Part shown: one piece after another, positions 58,838-64,000 of the stretch | Position numbering within the stretch: the stretch's first letter is position 1 | How the letters are laid out: each line of letters begins with the position of its first letter | Source: Desulfobacterales bacterium | GTDB lineage: Bacteria > Desulfobacterota > Desulfobacteria > Desulfobacterales > UBA2174 | Direction: 5' to 3' | DNA length: 64,000 bases | Assembly: GCA_963668645.2 (NCBI GenBank) | Contig: CAXXWC010000021.1 | Span: 352,001 to 416,000 of the forward strand | Notes under the pieces: model-generated | What the model saw: only the letters and a program-made list of their open reading frames with translations | Told to the model about the DNA's origin: nothing | Database searches by the model: none | Made by a program: the position numbers and the translations under genes

Positions 58838-60679
58838 CTATGGCCACACAATTTGGTTGGATTTTGCCCCGGATAAAGCCGCAGAAGCGCGCTGTGAGAT
58901 TCGAACGGGAAGATCCGGTATTTTTGTCAGTGCTTTAAAACCAGGCAGAATGCGATCGGCATCCGCGGCCGGTATCAGCTCCTCGGAAGCCGAGGTTCGA
59001 TCCAAATCAGCAAACAGGGCTTCGATATTGGGCCGGCCGTCGAGCAGGATTTTCATGTAGTCGGGGTTGGACAGATTTTTCACCAACGGGGTATCGGCCA
59101 GCATGGTTTGCAACGCGCGGTGCATGCGATTATCGCCGGTACGGCGGCGATGATCCCGGCGCAAGCTGCGAAAGAACTGTTCCAGGATGTTGTTGGTCCG
59201 CTGGGGATAAACCACCTGCGGCCCCGAAGGGGTCTGCACGTCAATCGGGTCGGCAAACAGTTTGTCGTGATACTTGTCGATCTGTTCGGCCAGTTTGCGG
59301 CACAGCGGATCGGCTGCCAGCTTTGCTTCGGCATCGAGACGGTGACGGAATTGGCCAACGCTCTGGCGGATACTTTCCATCGCGGGTGCGGCACCATCAT
59401 CGTTGAGGCCGTCTCGGCCTCCGGAAGGTGCGATGCGCATGGCTTGGCGAAGCTGATCAAAGAGCCGGCAACGCCAGCGTAACGAGTCGAGGCTTTTTTC
59501 GAAGACCGGATCGGCGACGACATCCATCACCTTTCGTGCCAGGTGGACAAACAAGCGGCTGCCGGCCACGTTGTCGCCGGGAAGTGTCTGTAGCAGGCGC
59601 GGCAGGCAATCGAGCAGGATCATAAGCCGTTCGGCCAGTACCAGCAAGGGGCGATCGAAAGGAAAGCCGTAGCCATCGCCGCAGTGTTTGGCCTGCAAGC
59701 TCCACAGCGATAGTGCATAGACCGCCGCAGGGGTCGTGAGACTCAAATCGGCAGCCGTTTGGGTGCCCGCCAGATACATCGCCAGGGCGTTCGGCTCGGC
59801 CAGTAACCGACGGGCGTGGCGGGCCAACGCACGGAACCGGGTGCTGAACGCATGGCGACGCAGGCAGCCACGAAGCTCGCGGTAGGCCGGCTCGATCAGG
59901 TCTTTGCCCGCATCGCGCAAGAAATGAAAGTGGCAGACAAAGTCTTTGCTTGTGGGGAACACGGCCCCGACCGCCTTGCAGATGCCTGTGCCCATGTCAT
60001 GCACACAGGCGATCGGATCGCCATAGTCGTCTTTGATCTTTTCCAAAAACGGGATGATCTGAGCGGCGTGTTCACTGGGCACCTTGACATTGGCCAACAC
60101 CAGGCGGCTCAGAGCGTCGATGCCTGACATCAGAGCGGGCGCATCTTCTTGATGCACGGCATCCAGATGCAGGATATAGCCGCCGCTTCTGGCCATGGCC
60201 TGCTTGATGCGCGGGGTGGCGCGCCGATGGGCCAGAGCCAGCAAGAGGATAAACTTGCGGCCGAGTTTGGTGATTTGAGAATCGGACAGCACCACATCGC
60301 GGGCCAGCAGCTCGTTGCGAACCTGCCCGACACTGTGGCAGTCCTCGAACAGGCGACGGCCGACAAAGACCAGCACGTCCCAAGCGGTATTGCAACGATG
60401 CGCCACCCGCTGACGCAGGGCCGGATCTTCCCAGACACGGCCACAACGGGTACAGCGTTGCACGGTCCGGCGGGCGATATAGGTGACCGAAAGACTGACC
60501 ACGCGCTTGGTTTGTGTCTTTTGGACTTTCAAGGCACCGCCGCAGGAGCACTGCCGGTGCGGGTAGCGAAAATCGACCACCGGCGGCTGCGCGAACAACG
60601 CCGACGGGCGCACCTCCTGGTGCAGTTGTTCGTTGAGGCGGCTCAGGAGGCCGATGGCCGCAACGGCAGCATTTTTTTT
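58838..60679 (-). CDS. OrfB: zinc-ribbon + DDE transposase with CxxH motif, probably expressed by -1 frameshift from OrfA
   Basis: CSCG...CTRC; LHLD, CVHDMG, CHFHF, RTNNILEQFFR; stop codon lies in the TIR; no clear start of its own. Confidence 0.8.
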   Translation of the reverse strand, partial: KKNAAVAAIGLLSRLNEQLHQEVRPSALFAQPPVVDFRYPHRQCSCGGALKVQKTQTKRVVSLSVTYIARRTVQRCTRCGRVWEDPALRQRVAHRCNTAWDVLVFVGRRLFEDCHSVGQVRNELLARDVVLSDSQITKLGRKFILLLALAHRRATPRIKQAMARSGGYILHLDAVHQEDAPALMSGIDALSRLVLANVKVPSEHAAQIIPFLEKIKDDYGDPIACVHDMGTGICKAVGAVFPTSKDFVCHFHFLRDAGKDLIEPAYRELRGCLRRHAFSTRFRALARHARRLLAEPNALAMYLAGTQTAADLSLTTPAAVYALSLWSLQAKHCGDGYGFPFDRPLLVLAERLMILLDCLPRLLQTLPGDNVAGSRLFVHLARKVMDVVADPVFEKSLDSLRWRCRLFDQLRQAMRIAPSGGRDGLNDDGAAPAMESIRQSVGQFRHRLDAEAKLAADPLCRKLAEQIDKYHDKLFADPIDVQTPSGPQVVYPQRTNNILEQFFRSLRRDHRRRTGDNRMHRALQTMLADTPLVKNLSNPDYMKILLDGRPNIEALFADLDRTSASEELIPAADADRILPGFKALTKIPDLPVRISQRASAALSGAKSNQIVWP

Positions 60680-61302
60680 AAACCGTGCTGCGCAAACAGC
60701 GCCCGGATCTGGTCGGCCTTGATGCGCACGGCGGCCCGGGCCGACACCCGGCGGGCCAACTCGGCCGGCTCGGCTGACGGCTTGCGGATGAATTCGGCCA
60801 GCACCATCACTGCAATCTCGGCTGGCAGCACCGCCGCCACGGGCGCTTCCAGGACACGACGTTGCGCCTCGGCGGTCCTGGCATTGCTGGCCAGGTAAAC
60901 GTTCGCGCGTCCCTGGCGCTGGCGCTGGACAAGACCGCGGCGGTACAACCCGACCAGAACCGAATGACAACGGCAGCGCAACTTTTGGCCGAGCGCTTCG
61001 GCGCTCATCCCTGCCAGACTGGCATCGATCAGGGCCACCAGCGTACGGGTCAGACTGCCGGCCCGGGAAAAGCCGATGTCGTGGTAAAACCACAGTCCTT
61101 CGCGCGAAAAGCGAGGAATCGAACGCAGGGTATACCATCGTCCGTTGTGCGTAAAACTGCTGTAGTAGCCGTTCTGGGCCAGAAATCGCCGGGTTGATGG
61201 AATCGAGTAGTCCATCTGTTGGCTCAGCGGCCCGATCATCCAGCATGGATGCTGCTTGAACAGGACCGCGAGACGCTGGGAAACCTCGGTCGAACCATCC
61301 AT
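60643..61302 (-). CDS. OrfA: winged-HTH-like DNA-binding protein of the IS
   Basis: GGAGGG RBS; 219 aa; ends across the T-TTA-AAA-AAA-A slippery tract overlapping OrfB. Confidence 0.75.
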   Translation of the reverse strand: MDGSTEVSQRLAVLFKQHPCWMIGPLSQQMDYSIPSTRRFLAQNGYYSSFTHNGRWYTLRSIPRFSREGLWFYHDIGFSRAGSLTRTLVALIDASLAGMSAEALGQKLRCRCHSVLVGLYRRGLVQRQRQGRANVYLASNARTAEAQRRVLEAPVAAVLPAEIAVMVLAEFIRKPSAEPAELARRVSARAAVRIKADQIRALFAQHGLKKMLPLRPSAS

Positions 61303-61581
61303 ATCGCCCTCCCGATAAAGTATTGCAGGTTATCGCCGCAACCGGGCATATATGCAATACATTATCAAGAAATGGACGATTTGACAAGAACGAAAAAGAG
61401 GATAGCCATCTATCGTAAATGACAATCATTACATGTGTTTTCTATGAGTTAGACGCAAAGCCGACACCCCGGAAAACGAAAGCACAGGCTCCTTGAGAAT
61501 CGCAAAATATGATCAAGTATGGCAAAAATAATCGGATAACATACTGATTTTACAGAATCCAACCGTTTTGTGGTTCCATAG

Positions 61582-62584
61582 CATTGGTGCATGCTCTAAT
61601 CTTTCAATTCTATCTAATGGTGATGTTATCCCTTCCCTTTCTCGCCTTTTCTGTTGCCTTCTATCAATGCTGTTGAATTTAAGGTCAATATGCGTATCAA
61701 CACCGCAGGTGTCTTGAAACGCTCTGTTCATTGCTTCTATTAGTTCTTCCTTTAATCCATGGTGAATGATAAAGCTATCATGAATCGGCAGGATCGCATA
61801 ATCCATTTCTATTGCAAAGGTCGACATGACCTTTTCTGCTATGAGTGAATCTTTGTATTGAAGGTCAATCCCAGCACTCGTATTGAAATAATGTGCGATT
61901 GGTTGATGTTTCTTTTTGAATGCCTCTATGATAGGGTAAATATCTTCTCGTTTGGTCGACTTAATCTCTTGAGGAAGTTTAAGCTTGCTTCCACTTTGAC
62001 CGCCGATGTTAACTGCCTCATGCATCGCCGCCCAAGTGGCGTTCTGATCTTTAGAGTTAATCATAACAAGCAGCAGTCGTTTCACAAAATCCCGGCAGGT
62101 CTTATCATTAGAATAGCCGTCAATGTGATAAACATCCCCCGATGGTGCTTCAAGCTTCTCTTGTGCATAGAGCATATTTACATGAAGGCCAGAATAATCA
62201 CATTCAACAGTATCTTTTCCGTTGATTCTTATCAGATGGCGATATTCGCTTGGAATGTTTTGCCACCATCCACCATAGAACCGCCCACCTTGTTCGAAAG
62301 ATCCGTTATTGAAGATCCGTCGTAGGTGCTTCTGAGTAAAATCTATTCTATGGCCAAGTTCATCGCGGATTTTAGCCAGCTCACTGTCTTTGACGTACAG
62401 TAAAATGGAATGACGGCCCAAACACTCATTGATTCTTTTCAAGGTGTTTCTCATGCGTATTGTTGCATCAGAATCATCGTATTCAATCTGCTTTTTATCC
62501 TTCCCACGAAGGATGATTATTTCCTCTTCATAATCGCGCCATATCCATGGTGATTTCGTGCTGATTCGATAAGCCATTAAACTC
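61582..62584 (-). pseudogene. Family A / single-subunit RNA polymerase-fold protein (phage/island type), interrupted by IS on both sides
   Basis: GGRFYGGWWQ; motif A ECDYSGLH; motif B RDFVK; LQYKDS; motif C PIHDSFI. Confidence 0.75.
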
Positions 62585-64000
62585 CAAGTGGTTATCAAAA
62601 CATCTGGACAACCCCTTGATATTCAGTTATATAGCTCCCCGGCAGGTCATCTTTCGTTAATGGGGGGCGATGTGTTGTATCTCAAACAAGTCGTTGTTCG
62701 GTTAGTTCGCCGGAATCAAGATCAGCGCTTCCAGAGCTTGATGCACCGGCATCATTACTTGGGCGCCTTGCCCAAAATCGGTGAAACCCTGCGATATGCG
62801 GCCTGTATCGGTGATCAATGGGTCGGCTTGGTCAGCTTTTCCGCTCCCGCCCTCAAATGTGCTGCTCGCGATCAGTGGATCGGTTGGCCCTTTAACCATC
62901 AGTTCGATCGGCTCAATTTGTTGACCAACAACAGCCGTTTTCTGATCCTGCCCGACTGGCATCTGCCAAACATGGCCTCGCGCATCCTGGCCTTGTGCCG
63001 AAAAAGACTGCCCGCCGACTGGCAAGCCGCTTTCGGACATCCCGTGCTGTTGCTCGAAACCTTCGTCGATCCCGCGCGCTTCAAGGGAACCATCTATAAA
63101 GCCGACAACTGGACTGCGGTCGGAAACTCCAAAGGTTTTCATCGGCACGCCAAAGGATACAGCGACACGGCCGACTCACCCAAAATGGTTTTTGTCAAAC
63201 CGTTGCGCCCCGATGCGCAAACCCTCTTGTCACAGACCATGCTGCCACCGCTTTATCAAACAGGAGATCCTAAAATCATGCTGCCGGCTCAACACATGCA
63301 ATCTTTGCCCCGATTTTTCGCCGACATCCCCGATCCGCGACGTCCCCAAGGCCGACGCCATCGTCTGGCAACCGTTTTGGCCATCGCCGCCGCAGCAACC
63401 CTGTGTGGCATGCGCGGCTACCAGGCCATCTCCGATTGGGCCAACAGCCTCGGACAAAAAGCACGCCGGCGCTTCCAATGCCGCTACCGAAACGGCCACT
63501 ACAGCGTGCCGAGTCTGTCGATCATCCGCGATGTGCTCATCCGGGTCGATCCGGCACGCCTCGACGACGCCCTGCAAAAATGGAACAGCATCCACGCCGG
63601 CTGCGACCAATGCCTGGCCATCGATGGCAAAACCATGTGCAACGCCATTGACGATCAAGGCTATCAGACCCACATCATGAGCGTTGTCGGCCATACCACC
63701 AGTGCCTGCTACACCCAAAAAAAGTCGGCAACCTGGCCGTAGACGACCAAAAGGTCAAGCGCACCAACGAAATCAAGACCGCCCAGCCCCTGCTCGATGC
63801 CATCAAGATCGAAAACAAAGACATCACCGCCGATGCCCTGCTGACACAGAGAAAGTTCGCCGAATACATCGTCGAGCAGCGCGGCGCCCACTACCACTTC
63901 ACCGTCAAAAACAACCAGCCCGGACTGTTCGACGACATCGGTCTGTACTTCAAAGACCGCGGCCAACCCGATTTCATCCTTTGCGACCCGCCCGACCACG
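62585..64000 (+). mobile_element. ISAs1-family element with DUF4338-fused transposase and A-AAA-AAG frameshift; runs off the window
   Basis: DUF4338 motifs (HHYLG, RDQWIGW, NNSRFLIL, LETFVD), then DPRR.QG.RH, IDGKT; the -1 frame continues TNEI...TADALLTQ...TVKNNQP. Left end near 62585 is inferred. Confidence 0.85.

Larger units (their letters stand above)
58838..61581 (-). mobile_element. Unclassified two-ORF IS (about 2.74 kb) with imperfect TIRs and TSD
   Basis: Ends CTATGGCCACACAATTTGGTTGGATTTTG / CTATGGAACCACAAAACGGTTGGATTCTG; CATTGGTG duplicated at 58830-58837 and 61582-61589. Confidence 0.88.

Noticed and set aside
60680..61429. N-terminal 250 aa of the 863-aa ORF 58838-61429
   Set aside because: Low-complexity Arg/Gly/Pro translation overlapping OrfA, which has the RBS and protein-like composition. 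The real transposase sequence starts near the slippery site.
62660..63230. Druantia anti-phage system suggested by the DruA-like DUF4338 domain
   Set aside because: The domain is fused to a transposase, and no DruE helicase or other Dru genes are present in the window.

Overview
High-GC bacterial chromosome segment. The gene content (PxxKW protein, TAXI-TRAP, Mo/Fe-S/flavin complex, phoH-HDIG-ybeY-nnr-tsaE-lysC) suggests an anaerobic Desulfobacterota member; this is inference. Positions 1-38415 are mostly core or metabolic genes: a soluble molybdopterin/Fe-S/FAD oxidoreductase operon, TAXI-TRAP with an ADP-forming acyl-CoA ligase and an enoyl-CoA hydratase, two Hsp20 genes, kdsD, pfkA, waaA, fba, mazG, cvpA, phoH to lysC, pyrF, and a GlpD / alkyl-DHAP-synthase-like / FGGY kinase trio. 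Positions 38416-64000 are accessory DNA full of insertion sequences. They carry an OmpA-FecR-CHASE2 cyclase-HD-GYP signalling cassette whose class III cyclase has Arg at both base-specifying positions, so it fits neither the adenylate nor the guanylate cyclase signature. They also carry eutBC, ddpX, higBA and IS66, IS1182-like, IS21, IS481 and IS1634 copies or relics. A 22-bp tRNA-Leu-like 3' end at 55103-55124 looks like an att site and sits beside a tyrosine-integrase relic. It marks the edge of an AT-rich island running off the right end. That island encodes a compact PolA/T7-RNAP-fold polymerase-like gene split by two unusual frameshifting IS elements; its reading frame can be rebuilt across a target-site duplication.
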